64,000 nt of DNA from NCBI RefSeq assembly GCF_009914755.1, contig NC_060937.1. One strand, given 5' to 3'. The notes beneath the pieces are model-generated. The model made no database searches. It was not told where the DNA came from and worked only from the letters and a program-made list of their open reading frames with translations. Source of the DNA: the human T2T-CHM13v2.0 reference genome, Homo sapiens. Positions 27,891 to 41,094 of the stretch are shown in pieces. Each line of letters begins with the position of its first letter. Within the stretch, counting starts at the first letter, position 1. A program made the position numbers and the translations under genes.

Positions 27891-28811
27891 ATGTTTCTCT
27901 TAGACTCCCAGAACTTAATACGCTTTCCTTCTGAGTCACTACATTTGCCAACAAGGAAGATTCTGAAAGATAAGCTTGCTGATGATGAAAACATCACTTG
28001 GTGGCCAACCTCCTTATTACACATAAAGACAAACAAATCTGAATCTAAGAGAAACAGAAAAGCAAACAGTTTGGGCATAGTGCCTTTAGTGAGCAAGTTA
28101 CCTAATTGTCAGTTTCCAGGGAATTTGCTGCCTGTCCACGCACTTCTATTTCAATGGTAAAAATGTGGCATTTTTCTCCATAAATACTGGTTTGGCTCTG
28201 CTAAACCAAGTCCTACATCGAACTACAGACTTCTCAGTAATGGGAAAAAACAGCTATGTTTACTTTTTAGACAAGCACAGATTTAAAATGTTTCACACCT
28301 ATAAAAAGTTTTAAATTCTATTTTTGCCAGATTATGAATTTTAATTCTATTCTTCATTGACTGCAGTTAAGTGTAAAGAATATGAAACAATACTCTTTTT
28401 AAACTGAAATGAGTTTATTTTTCAGAACTTGAAAGTGTAGATTTATTTCCCCTGGACTTTCCAAGACACACTTGTAAATAGTCATTCAAAAAGTTGAGTT
28501 CAACTCTAATAATGAAACAAATCATAATTCACAGCTAGAATTTATGAGAATGATAAATTGAGTTTCTGACCGCTCTATTATATAATAGAAAACCACACAG
28601 AGTTAAAAGCCCGTATTAGCAACATACATCTACCATATGACCCCACGGCCATTCCACTTCTGGGCATTTGCCCAAGAGAAATTAAACGCATGGGTCCGTA
28701 GAAAAACTTGCACACAAATGTTCAGGACAAATTTATTTGTAATAGTTCCAAACTTGAAAAAACTTAAATGCTTACCAACAGGTGAATAGATTTTTTAAAA
28801 ACTGTGGTATT

Positions 28812-29118
28812 GGCCTGGTGCGGTGGCTCACCCCTATAATCCCAGCACTTTGAGAGGCAGAGGCAGGAAGATAGCTGGAGCCCAGGAGTTTGAGAGCTGC
28901 CTGAGCAACACAGTCAGGCACCATCTCTACAAAAAATAATAATAATAAAATAGCCAGGCATGGTGACACATGCCTGTGGTCACAACTACTCAGAAGGTTG
29001 AGGCAGGAGGGTCACTTGAGCTTGGGAAGTTGAGGCTGCAGTGAGCTATGATCGAGCCACTGCACTCCAGCTTGGGTGACAGAACAAGACCTGGTCTCAA
29101 AATAAATAAATAAGAAAA
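28812..29118 (+). mobile_element. AluJ-type SINE
   Basis: Dimeric Alu with gtgagctatgatc (J-like). Degenerate TSD aaaaactgtggtat/aaaaattgtgatat. Confidence 0.92.
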
Positions 29119-29373
29119 AATTGTGATATAAACATACTATGCTACATGATTCATCAATTAAAAAAGGAATTATTGATACATGCAAAAGCATTCATGAATT
29201 TCAACATTATTGTGCTGAATGCAAGGAGCCAGCAAATAAAAAAAAACGTGAAATACATACTGCATTATTTCATATGTATAAAGCTCTTAAAGATGCAAAG
29301 TAATCATTTGTGACAGAAAGCAGATCAGTTGTTGCCTGGGGAACGGGTGTGGGGAGAGGGCAGGGACAGGGAG

Positions 29374-29832
29374 TGTATTAGAGTTTTCCAGGGAAACAGA
29401 ACCAACAGGGTGTATGTTTGTGTATATGTATGTACGCATGTATGTATACACACAGGAAAGGTTGAATTTATTTTATGGAATTGGCTCACGCGATTGTGGA
29501 GAGGCAAGTCCAAAATCCGCAGGGTAAGGCCAAAATCCTCAGGGTAAGGCCAGCTGACTAGTGGCCCAGGGAGGGTTTGCATTCTGAGTCCCAAGGCAGT
29601 CTGCTGGCAGAAGTACTTGCTTCGGGGAAGTCAATCTTTGTTCTGTTAAGGCCTTAAACTACTTGGATGACGCCCAGTCATGCTATAGAGGACAATTTGC
29701 TTGACTCAAAGTCTACCGATTTAAATGTTCATCTCATCTAAAAGACAGCTTCACAGAAACAACCAGAATAATGCTTGACCAAATATATGAGCACAGTGGT
29801 CTAGCCAAGTTAACACAGAATTAACCAACACA
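29374..29832 (-). mobile_element. MLT2 (ERVL) solo LTR
   Basis: tgtattagagttttccagggaaacagaaccaacagg...ctagccaagttaacacagaattaaccaacaca. Confidence 0.9.
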
Positions 29833-30024
29833 AAGAGGGACAGGAGCAATGCATTAAGAAGGGGTATGAGGAAATTTGGGTGGTTATGTATATGCTGATT
29901 TTCTTAATTGTAATCATTTCACAGGTGTATAGATGTTAGTTCATCAACCTGTACAGTTTACATAAGCAGAGCTTATTGTATGTCAACCATATTTCAATAA
30001 AGTTGTTTTAAAAATTGCTAAGAT

Positions 30025-30197
30025 AATTGATTTTTAATGTTTTTGCCACCAAAAAAATGAAAATTTGGTGATATGATGAATACGTTAATTAGCTTGATTG
30101 AATCTCTCTGCCATGTGTACATAGCTCTAAACATCATATTGTGCCCTACAAATATACACAACTAGTATTTGTCTATTAAAATAAATTTTAAAAAACA
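30025..30197 (+). mobile_element. L1MA-type 3' terminal fragment
   Basis: gttaattagcttgatt...aaacatcatattgtgccctacaaatatacacaa...attaaaataaa. Confidence 0.75.
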
Positions 30198-33100
30198 CTT
30201 GTACAAAAAGAAAGCAATGTAAGTCTTACCCAAAAGATAACAGCTGAGCCACTGTGGTCAGAGCAGTGGAGAGAAAGACTACCATGGCCTCACCTACATG
30301 TCTTAAATGACTTCTGAATAAAGCTCATTGGCAGAGAAATAAAAAACTTTACATCTAAAAATAATCTATTGATATTGCCCACAGGTTCTGCTTTTTGAAA
30401 ATTACCTGCCGAAAAAGTACGTATGGCTTGCCTACTTTTGAGTCTTCTGGGCATAATTGAAGACTGCATCTTTAATATTTACAACTTTCTTGAAGTTATA
30501 TTGTTTTGTTAAAGGATCTGTTCTTTGAGTGTGTGGGATCTGGTCGTGAGAAATGGACAAGAGTGTCCTGATGTGGTACACGGCTTCCTGCTGGCAGGAC
30601 TCGTGTGCCGATGGAGGTCGCAAACGGAACACCCTGCTTGGTTTATCCTTTCTCCTCGAGCCCACTCCTGCATCCTCCACTAGTAATTGGTAGATAACGA
30701 TTTTAGTAGCAAAACAAACCTTTCAATTATGCACTCTTGTGTGAAAAAAAATGACTGAAATTTATTTCATGGTTGTCAATGCTAACGAGAACCGGAGATA
30801 TGTGTTAAATGTAAGTCCAGGTGGGAAGTTAATGTCATTTGGGTCCAGTAGGCTCAAGGCTTTCTAAAAGAATGATGAGTCATTCATGACACTTGAGGGG
30901 AATCTTTAAAATAATCACTATGTTGAATTTTTTAAAAATATTGTTTGTAAGAGTTTTCAAATTGTACATATCAGATTGAAAGCTGACATGACCATCCATG
31001 GGGGCAATGAAATATTTCTCTATGGCTGCTTGTCTCATTGATCTTCACCTCCTATAACCGATTCCCTGAGTCGACCCAGGTGAAAATGCCCCCAGAATTT
31101 GCCTATATCAGCAGAGAGGAGGATCCTGCCAGACACCATGCGGACTCAGAACCCTACTCCACGCTGAATTCCAGGAGGCTACTACCAACCAACCGTGGGG
31201 AACAAGATTTATTCTCATCACGCCAAATGGCACAGTAAACCTACAAAGACCAACTCTGAAGATATTTGGTAGTATCACAGATCTAAACTATAAACAGACC
31301 AAAATGCTTCTTTAACCTGCATCTTACAAGCACATCTCTTTCTTAGCCTCCATTTTTATAGAAAGATTCTACTTTAACCATGTTTAGAAAGCTGAGGCTG
31401 GAGGAGGGAAGACTGTCTGGGAGAAGTTTCTCCTCTTTCTGTGCGGAGAAAAGTAGCACAAGATTATTCAGTCTGTACTTAACGTTCACGGTGTCTGATT
31501 CTAGGAAAAACTGCAGTAGGCTGTGATTCCTTATTTGTATTCTCTACGGGATAGTGCAGTCACTCTTATTAATAACCCAAAAGGAATATTCACTTGTGAA
31601 TCTTAAACACCTTTGTGGTTACTGAATTAATTCTATTTTTTTCATAACACTCCTGTAAAGAAGTTACAGAGTGGTCAACACTATTACTTGCACTTTACTT
31701 GCCAGGAGGCAGAGCCAGAAGGAAGTTAAATGATTTGGTTAGGTGCAGACTCGTTCAGGCAGAGGGAGAAAAACGCATCGCCATTTATTGTCGCAAATTA
31801 GTTTATGTCTCCCCTTACACTTTCCCATCCACCACTCTCTAGTTTCTGAAAATTAACTAGTGCTTCTCCCATAAATATGTGTGTTTCCTCTTATAACACT
31901 GTAACTAGGACTTAGTCACTTACTTTTTTTTTTTCTTGAGGCAGCCCATTTCTCGACTGCTGTTTCCCCAGCAACACTAGTAACCCCAGAAAGGCTTGGA
32001 CTACCTTTTAAATACGGGCGTAAGTATTCTGTGTGTCCTGAGCAGTCGGGGAGGGGAGCCATTTGCTGGCTGTTCATTTATTGTGCTTCACTACAGGGTA
32101 AAGGGATACTTTCCAAAATACTTGTCTGATGTCCCCACATTAAATCCTGTGTCTCTGAGCAAGCTTTTCCACTCTTGCCCTGCCTGTGTCTCCTGTGATC
32201 ACTTCATAGTCAGACGGGAGAAAACGACTTCAGTAATTGCCTGCTTAATTGGTAAGCATGGATCTCCAGACCGCACTTTCCTGTCTCGTCATGTCGGGCT
32301 GCTCCACAACTCTCAGTTGTTCCAGTATCACGTTATTCCCAAGATGGGCACGTGATGACTTCCATTTTCAATCACGGTACTAAATCCCACACTTTGCTCC
32401 CTCGGGTTTCAACTAGTGAGGAGGGGGGAGACAGGAACACACCTGCAGCCACTTTGACATGTCACAGGGAGGCTCCCTTGTGCGTGTGTGCCTGTCTGTT
32501 TGCAAACCCCATCCCTGAAATCAGCCCGCTGGTGGTTCTCTGCTAGCGGACAGGGAGGCGCCCCTTGGGGTGTGCACAGTACACGGGCCCCACAGGGTTG
32601 TGGCAGGAGAACACAGGCTGTGAATTTCTCAGCAGGCTGAAGATGAAATTGCTTATTGAAACTGGAAATAAAAATAATGAAACCATAAGATCACACAAAT
32701 CCAAGGATTTTAGAGTTGAAAGCAACCGTAGAGAACATCTAGCTTAATTCCCTCGTCTATGATAAAATGTGAATCTGAGTCCCAGTGAGGTTAAAAGACT
32801 TTAGAAGGGATAATTTCATGTTTTTCTTTGCTTTCTTTATCAAGGGCTAACAATAGTTTTTGTTTATTTTGGTCTGTACCGTGCCTTCTTTTAGAACTCT
32901 TAATTACACTTGTTATTGGGGTGGGAAAGACAGATAAAACGAAAAATCACTTATATCTTTATTTCTGGACTTTACACATGAATGTATGATGTCAAGAAGT
33001 CACAGCATTTTTATGTTAAAGAACAAAGTTATAGCACTACAACTATCCTAATGTCATAATGTAAATTTACTGGAAGAGGTCCAAATTTCTTGTTTTGAAT

Positions 33101-33309
33101 TCTGTTCATATTTAAGTCCTATCTTCTTTCTCCCTATTTTTCTTCATCCCAATTTAGAATATGTCAGATTAAGCCAGGAGGGATCAGAGTCAATTGTTTC
33201 TGTAATCTCTCAGAAGCAACTATCTATTTATGCTAATTTATAAATTAGATGTTTTTTACATTGTTACCAAGGCAGGCCACATCTGTCAACATAGCATGTA
33301 AAAATATCA

Positions 33310-33698
33310 CATATTAGTTCATTTTCACATTGCTATAAAGAACTACCTGAGACTGGCTAATTTACAAAGAAAAGAGGTTTAGTTGGCTCAAGGTTCCACG
33401 GGCTGTACAGGAAGCATGGCTGGGGAGGCCACAGGAAACTTTCAATCACGGTGGAAGGCAAAAAGGAAGGGAAAACAGGCATGTCTTAATGGCCAGAGCA
33501 GGAGGAAGAGAGAGAAGGGGGAGGTGCTACATGCTTTTAAACAGCCAGATCTCATGAGCACTCACTCACTATCATGAGAACAGCAAGGGGGACATCCACA
33601 CCCACAGTCCAGTCACCTCCTACCAGGCCTCTTCTCCAACACTGGGGATTACAATTTGACGTGAGATTTGGGCAGGGACACAAATCCAAATCATATTG
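33310..33698 (-). mobile_element. MST (MSTA-like) solo LTR
   Basis: tattagttcattttcacattgctataaagaactacctgagactgg...gggacacaaatccaaa. TSD tatca/tatct. Confidence 0.92.
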
Positions 33699-33921
33699 TA
33701 TCTGTAGAAATTTCAAAAATCTCAGAGCTTTCCTTGTTTCTTTTCCTGGTTCAGTAGCTATTTCTAGAATTTTCATTCTTCTTCCAGGGTCAGGAAATTT
33801 TTTGAGGATTTGTTAAAGACACAGTCTACAACTGGAAAAATAACATATCCACAGACTCAAAATTCTGATTACAATGTCTAAGGAATATAACAATCCAGGG
33901 CCAAGAACCTCTCTTATGACT

Positions 33922-34485
33922 TTTATAAGTCAGGGTTTTCCAGAGGGACAGAACTAATAGGTAGATGTATGTATGAAAGCGAGTTTCTAAAGGAGAATCG
34001 ACTCACATGATCACAAGGTGAAGTCTTACGATAGGTCATCTGCAAGCTGGGGAAAGAAGAAGCCAGTAGTGGCTTAGTCCCAGTCAGAAACCCTCAACAG
34101 GAGGGAAGCCAACAGTGCAGCTGACGGCCTGAGAGCCTTGGCAAACCACTGGTGTAAAGTCCCAGAGTCCAAAGGCCGAAGAACCTGAAGTCTGATGTCC
34201 AAGAGCAGGAGGAATGGGAAGAAGCATCTAGCACAGAAAAAGAAGGAAGCCAGAAGACCCAGCAAGCAAGCTTATCCCACCTTCCTTCGCCTGCTTTCTG
34301 GACCCACTAGTAGCCAATTGAATGGTGCTGACCATATTGAGGGTGGGTCTTCCTCTCCTAGTCCACCAACTCAAATGCCCATCTCCTCTGCCAACACCCT
34401 CACAGACACACCCAAAAATACTACTTCGCCAGCATCTAGGTATCCTTCAATCCAATCAAGTTGGCACCTATTATTAACCATCACA
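33922..34485 (-). mobile_element. MLT2A (ERVL) solo LTR
   Basis: agtcagggttttccagagggacagaactaatagg...tccttcaatccaatcaagttg..tattaaccatcaca. TSD tgact/tgatt. Confidence 0.93.
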
Positions 34486-34512
34486 TGATTTATCTATAAG
34501 AAACAAATTCTA

Positions 34513-34823
34513 GGCCAGGCGCGGTGGCTCAGGCCTGTAATCTCAGTACTTTGGGAGGCCGAGGTGGGTGGATCACAAGGTCAGGAGGTCGAGACCAGCC
34601 TGACCAACATGGTGAAACCCTTTCTGTACAAAAAATACAAAAATGAGCGGGGCGTGAAGGCACGTGCCTGTAATCCCAGCTACTCAGGAGGCTGAGCCAG
34701 GAGAATCACTTGAACCCAGGAGGCAGAGGTTGCAGTGAGCCGAGATCGTGCCACTGCACTTCAGCCTGGGCGACAGAGCGAAACTCCGCCTCAAAAAATA
34801 AATAAATAAATAAATAAATAAAC
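34513..34823 (+). mobile_element. AluS (Sg-like) SINE
   Basis: Dimeric Alu with (AAAT)n tail. TSD aaacaaattcta at 34501-34512 and 34824-34835. Confidence 0.95.
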
Positions 34824-34929
34824 AAACAAATTCTATTGTTTTACCAGTGATCTAGGAGCTGTTAAGTTCAGTGTCAAGGAATACTAATTGTAAACCAATC
34901 AATACTAAGAACAAAAAGAGATACAGGAG

Positions 34930-36250
34930 GACTTGTACAAGGAACTGAGACTGAGCTCAGTGAAGACGCCATTAACCAGACCAAAGACATTTGAAATAAC
35001 AGAAACCTCTTGCAAATTGACATAATGGAGCTTCACCAATAAAAAATTGTGAGACTCTTAATGATAATTACCTTAATGGGAAATATGCAGAACATACAAA
35101 TGAGATTAAAAGGTGTTAATAAAAAGTCTCAGTAAATTTTATTATTTCAATAGAACCCAAAGTATGGGATACATGTGTGGTTAAAATATAAATGAGGTTT
35201 CTAAAACAACCGTCCCATCAAAGGTGAGCCAAAGGTCAAAATAATATAATCCATGTAGAATGTGTGTATTTCAAGAAAAGCAGAATTATATAATGATGTT
35301 GCAATGCATAGAGTTAAAGAAAATAAATGGAGTGCACTGGACCTCGAAAATTCCTGAGTTTACTCTTTGATGCAATACCAGAAACACTTTAGAGGTGGGA
35401 TCTTGATGAGGATAATTCATTAGCCAAGACTCTTAGGAATTCTAGAAAATGAAGCACGTGCACATTTCATTGAAAAATACACAAGCTTTGGTAATTATAC
35501 AGCTCAAGGACAAAGGGCAAGTTGTAAATTTAAACAGTCATAATTTAATGCAATTATTTATTGAATAATAATGATCATTTTTTGTCATGAGGCTAGATAT
35601 CATCATAGGGAGGTAGGGGAGTGGCCTGTGGTGACTATTAAAATCAATATTTCTATACAGAAGAAAATACTGAGAAGAAATAATGTACATAAAGCTGCTA
35701 TATAATAATATGAGGCAGCGTTTAAGTATTGGTACTAGGAACAATTTTTAAAATAAAATAAGAAACATGAAGGAAGAGATCTATGAAAACGTATTTGGAG
35801 GAAATTTTCTGGAGGGGGTATAATTACTTTGGATTTTTATTGTGAAGAAGATTTGGGGAAGGGGGCAATGTAGGGATGGAGAACCTGTTGTTCTTAGTTT
35901 TACCTAGTGCTGTGTTAAAATAGTTCCTTGCACTTTGAGTTGTAGGCTGAAGGAGGTATTCCAGTTAGTTTACCAGTTATGTTAGCTGGAGACCAGGCTT
36001 GCCACACCACCTCCCTCACGGCAGTTTGTGATGCCTCTGCCATTTTGTAACAGGTACGACCAATTGATTCGGCAAATAGATCAACCAATAAGGTTGTTTG
36101 GTGTCATGTAGACAGAGCAACAGTGTGGAGTGCCCAAACCTGTTATTTTTATCAAGCTGTTCTTTGGAAGACAGGCAATCAGATGGTCTCACTTTGTACT
36201 GTAGTCTTTGAGGGTATCGAGCTTAATGAAAATAAGGAGTAAGATGTTCT
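34930..36250 (+). pseudogene. Probable Ty3/Gypsy-like pol (RT-RNase H) fossil
   Basis: Ordered degenerate motifs: GASPI (35027), D*KVLIK (35104), DLDE (35399), FL..NYFGF (35806-35836), VCDASAIL*QVRPIDSANRS (36024-36083), ATVWSA. Confidence 0.5.
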
Positions 36251-36379
36251 GAAAATGGAGGAAAAAGATATTTTCCTTGACAGGAAAGAATTGCCTTCTG
36301 AGTGGAAATTCTTATGTGGTCATTTCCAAGGAAGACATGAAGAAAAGAAAGATATATTATTTATTTGGGGGAAAAGGGA

Positions 36380-36748
36380 TGATATGCTTTGTCTCTGTGT
36401 CTCCACCCAAATCTAATTTTCAACTGTGATCTCCATGTGTCAGGGGAGGGACCTAGCGGGAGGTGATTGGATCACAGAGGCAGTTTTCCCCAGGCTGTTC
36501 TCATAATAGTGAGGGAGTTCTAACAAGATCTGATGGTTTTAAAGTTTGTGGCAATTCCTCCTTCTCTCTCTCTCTCCTGCCACCTTGTGAAGAAGGTGCT
36601 TCTTTCTCCTTTCCCCTTCTGCCATGATTGTAAGTTTGCTGAGGCCTCCACAGCCACGTGGAACTGTGAGTCAATTAAACTTCTTTTCTTTGTAAATTAC
36701 CCAGTGTCAGGTAGTATCTTTATAGCAGTGTGAGAATGGACTTATGCA
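36380..36748 (+). mobile_element. THE1D/MSTA-like solo LTR
   Basis: tgatatgctttgtctctgtgtctccacccaaatct...ggaactgtgagtcaattaaac...tttatagcagtgtgagaatggac. Confidence 0.93.
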
Positions 36749-38274
36749 GGGGTTTTGCGAACAGAGCGGTGTACATCCCAGATTACACCCTAGATTTACT
36801 CAATGTCGAGCAAATATATGCCTTTGGTAACCATGATGATCTATCTGAATTACTTCAAATGTAAAAGTACTTGGTATTTTGTATGCTTTAGCCTGCAGAA
36901 ACTGTGCTATCTTAGTGTGGATTCTCCAAGTGCAGTCACGTTCCTGTTACCATAGACACCAGACAGAGTTTTATGTTTGTTTCTACTTTGCAAAAATACC
37001 ATTACCACTACTCTGGTAAATAGAAAATTCTTCTTTAATGTCCTTTGAAATGTACACATTGAAAGCTGCAAAACAAAGAAATTCTAATATTGAGTGTGCC
37101 TTTCCAACTACTCACTCCTTGGAGATTCGGAAATGTCAGATTGGTGAATTTGACCCTCCATACATGCCCCCTTTTTAGTATTCCCTAAAGAAAGTGAGAG
37201 AGATTTTAGTGTCTACAAAATTGGGAACTTATTTTTCTTCCTTTTCTTTTGTGCCCTCGCTCTTAGCAACACATGTTCAGATGGGTCTTTGTAAGTTCAA
37301 AAATACCACTTTGATAGAGGAGTAAGCAAACGAGAAAGGGGAAACTCAACACAAATAGGCAATTATATACTCAAGGAATACGTCGTCAGCTGAAACCAAG
37401 AATTTGGGAAATACGGGTGTTTCCATGGGAGTCTAATTTCTGTATATCATGTGACTCAGACACATCCATATAAGTCTGAAGGGCCAGAACCTACACAGAT
37501 CTATTTGCATATCTTATGGAAAACCACTCACCAAAGTGGAGAGGGGGTTGATGAGACTCCCTGCACACAACAGCTGTGCATCATGGTTAGAGTGAAAGAA
37601 AGAAGTAGAGAGGTGATTTTGAGAAACTCAATATCATTCAGGTCAATTTTCAGCCCAGGGCTGATGAAGCCACACTAGACTCCTAGGATGAGAAAAGCTT
37701 GATAGAGAGTGAGTAAAGAGAGAAGAGATGCACAGGTAAAATCTCCCAAAGATTCCATAGCACGGAAAAGCAATGCCTGGTGCCCTGTGGACAGAATGAA
37801 GCAGAACTGAAGGACAGTATCTCCCCTACTCTAATCCTCCCATGAGGGTCAGCAGTGTAGGGGAACAGGAATGGGGGCACTGTGGACAGTGCAGTCAATG
37901 CCAGCAGCAGAAAGCTGACCCTACCTACTTCTGGGGTGCAGATACAGGAAAGGGACAGCTGCCAGAGAGCCACATGGTTTTCAGGGGAAGTGAAACCTCA
38001 CCATGGTGCCCTGGATGGCCCCTCATATAACCCTACAGTAAACCCACATCTCAGTCCAACCTGAGAGGGACTTCAGGGATTTGAGAAAATCCCTCAATGC
38101 TCCAGCTTGAGTCTGAGCCAGAGATCCTGTTATTATTACCCCAGGAAAACACGGGACACTCCTATTCTTAGTCTAGTCCAAGATTCTTGAAAAAAAAAAA
38201 AAACTAAAAAGCATTTCTCATGTCTCCAATTTTCACTGAATAATAAACCATTCTGGTTTTGTTCAGTTCTGCCA

Positions 38275-38460
38275 GGAGTGAGACTCCCCAGGGCTTGAAT
38301 TTCAGCTCCTGCTGTTCACTAGCCATCTGGCTTTGGTCAAGTATTTAATCTCCTGAATGTTAGTTTTATTCATCTGTAAAACCTGGATAAAGTAACTACC
38401 TCATCAAATCATTTGCAGATTAAATGAGATGCATGTGAAATGTTTCCACAGTGTAGTTGG
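38275..38460 (+). mobile_element. MIR relic
   Basis: ttgaatttcagctc...cactagc..tggctttggtcaagtatttaatctc...catctgtaaaa...attaaatgagat. Confidence 0.75.
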
Positions 38461-38819
38461 TGGGGCTGGAGGCTCCCTTTCTGCCAGGTCCTGAGGCACT
38501 TCTCCAGCTACACCTGCACCCCTGGTTTTCCCTTAGACCCCTTGGGCTGACTTGCATCTTCATGCTGACAACCTCTGTCTGTTCTACACTCATATACCCA
38601 ACTGTCTCCAATGCCTTCCGAAATGTGTCAGCATAACAGAGGGGTTAAAGGTGCCAAAATTACTCGCCATGGCTCAGTGTCCTCATTTGTTAATTGACAC
38701 AATAGTAATGATTTTCTCTGCTATGTTAGGAAGATTAAATAAGTTAATATACGTAATACATTTAAAACATGCTTGGTCCATAGTAAGCACTGTGTATTTT
38801 AGAGCTTATCATTGCCACT

Positions 38820-39540
38820 GAATTCCTAAAAGGCATCCGAGATTTAACTCACCTAAACAGAACTCTGGAGCTTCTGCCATCTCCAATCTCAATCAGTCAT
38901 TCAACAAACATTTGCAGAGCAACTATTCAATACTGGACTGGGTTTCTGTCTTCCTAGAGCCAACGTTCCCGGGGCGCACTGTCAACATGTTAATAGAGAG
39001 TGCAGTTTTGGTCTTCCCCATGTGCGCCAAGAGCCCCACCAGCTGTGTTTCCAAGCCCTGTGGTCTGGCACGTGGCTGACTCTCCCACCTCATCTCATGC
39101 ACAACCTTGTCCCCTCATGCTGCTGCAGCCACACTGGCCTTCTTTCTGGTCCAGAGGATGCTGGGCTGTTTCTAGACTTTCGACCTACTGCTCTCCCTGC
39201 CTGGAATGCCCTTTTCTAAGATCTCTTCCTGGATGGCCCCATCTTGCCATCCAGAGTTCTGTCCCTGTAGCTCCTCTTCAAGGAGACTGCCCAGCCTGTT
39301 CAGTGTGCCCAGCACCCACCCTCTCTCTCTCTGGTTCCTCACCCTGTTTACTCTCTTTATAGGTTTGCCCTCTCTGAAATCACTTATGTTTTGCTTCTCT
39401 ATTGTCTGTCTGACACCAGAATGAAAGCTCCATGAGGGCAGAAATCTTGTCTGCCTTGTGTATCACTGTTCCCCTTCACCTGCAACAGCACCTAACCTTG
39501 GAAAATGCTCCACAGGGCTAAAACATCAATCAATAAATGA
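38820..39540 (+). mobile_element. L2 LINE 3' relic (fragmented)
   Basis: cagccacactggccttct...tgctctccctgcctggaatgccctt...gaatgaaagctccatgagggcag is typical of the L2 3' region. Confidence 0.75.
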
Positions 39541-40074
39541 TTGCCATGGCTATAAACATTCCTCCCAAATGAGGCCTCATCATATATCTACTTGGTCAGT
39601 GTTTCATTGTAAAAGAAGCCTTCAAATTAGACTTTAAATGAGGTAATACAAGCATTAATTGCATGTGTGTTAAAATATCATTAACGAGTTATAAGAAAGC
39701 TGTGACATATGACAAATTGATTAATCCTGTTTAGACATTTCCTCATTTTTAAATATAAGTGGCTGCAGGCCTTGCTGAGCATCTCAGATCCTGCCATGAG
39801 CATCAAATATCAAGTAATCTTCTCGAGTACTTATGAAACCTGAGCCTTCTCTTATTCCTGCAAAGTTTTGCTCTGTTACCTGCTCTTGAGGAAGTAGAGA
39901 TGTGCCTCTTGTTTATGGTTACTCCTGAACCCTATGTCCATACAATTATATAACCCAGATATCACTCAGATGGAAATAGTGAGGTTAGTTACACACACAT
40001 GTTTTTAAATTTTTATCATTATACATATTGTCATATACAAATTACAGGTATATCTGCAATATTTTATTATTTTA

Positions 40075-41090
40075 GTTATCCAACTATTTATCAAATATTT
40101 CCAAAGTTCTTGCTGTGTGATAGGTGTCATGCTAATAGTTAAAGGTGCAGAGGAAAATGTGAAATGATCTCGGGGAGCTTCAAATTAAATGGGAGAGATA
40201 TGTGTGAGAAATACCTTAGGCTATAGCATGGTCATTTCATATGGGTAAATATGTACAGTGATATTGAAAGCAGAGAGTAACCAAATACTTCTGCCTTGAC
40301 GTCAGGGAAGGCTCCATGAGGGAAGTAAAATTTGTACTGAGTCTTCATAGGCATTTCCCCAGCAAGGAAGGGTATGGGAAGGGCAAGGAAGGGTATGGGA
40401 AGGGCTAGAAGGGCCATCTGAATTGCTGCGAGCATTCGTAAGTTGTAAGAGAAGCTGACACGCCTGAGGATGTAGTAGAAATGAGGTTGGACAAAGGTAC
40501 CAGAAGGAACTGTAGGTAGGAGCTGAGTTAAAGGTCTTTGTTGCACAGAATTATTTGCATTTTGTATTTTGGAAAGCCAACAGAATATAATAAGCATAGG
40601 AGTTACTTGGTCAATTATTTTTTAAAGATTATTTTAACAATGATATTGAATAAAAGAGTTGAGTTGTGAATGATTGGAAGTCAGGACAAAAATACTGTCG
40701 GAAAAACTTGAAGGAGACTGTTTCAGTAGTTCATGGGAGAAATAACAGGGCCATATCAATGTTAGAATAAGTGGGATGGAGTGCTACAATTTAAAAACCC
40801 ACTGGAGAATTGAGGAAATGTAGTTGTTATAGAAGGTTGCAAATCTTCTAGTTTGGAAGGTTAAATGACAATGAGGTTATCAATTAAGATCTAGAATGTA
40901 GAAGGCAGAACATGATTTAAGATGAAAAAAATTAATTATACTCTGGTCCTACAAGACTGTAAGTAGCTGTGTGTGTTGTAGTCAGTGAGATATAACAATA
41001 GAAAGTGGGACAAGTGATTTGTTATTCAGATAGATGGCATTCGGAGCCTGTGCGTGGATAATATCCTTTACAAAGAAGAAAAGGCCAAAA
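40075..41090 (-). mobile_element. L2 LINE relic
   Basis: Purine-rich antisense L2 pattern (gtcagggaaggctccatgagggaagta...ggagactgtttcagtagttcatgggaga). Confidence 0.65.
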
Positions 41091-41094
41091 TAGA

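Larger units (their letters stand above)
28615..30012 (+). mobile_element. Old L1M(E/C)-type 3' end, interrupted by an Alu and an MLT2 LTR
   Basis: accatatgaccc..gccattccacttctgggcatttgcccaagagaaat (ORF2 C-terminus) through to aataaagttgtttta. Confidence 0.82.

Noticed and set aside
27771-28160. 129-aa ORF as a functional gene
   Set aside because: Only the first ~15 residues follow the RT motif. The RT similarity then shifts frame and contains a stop.
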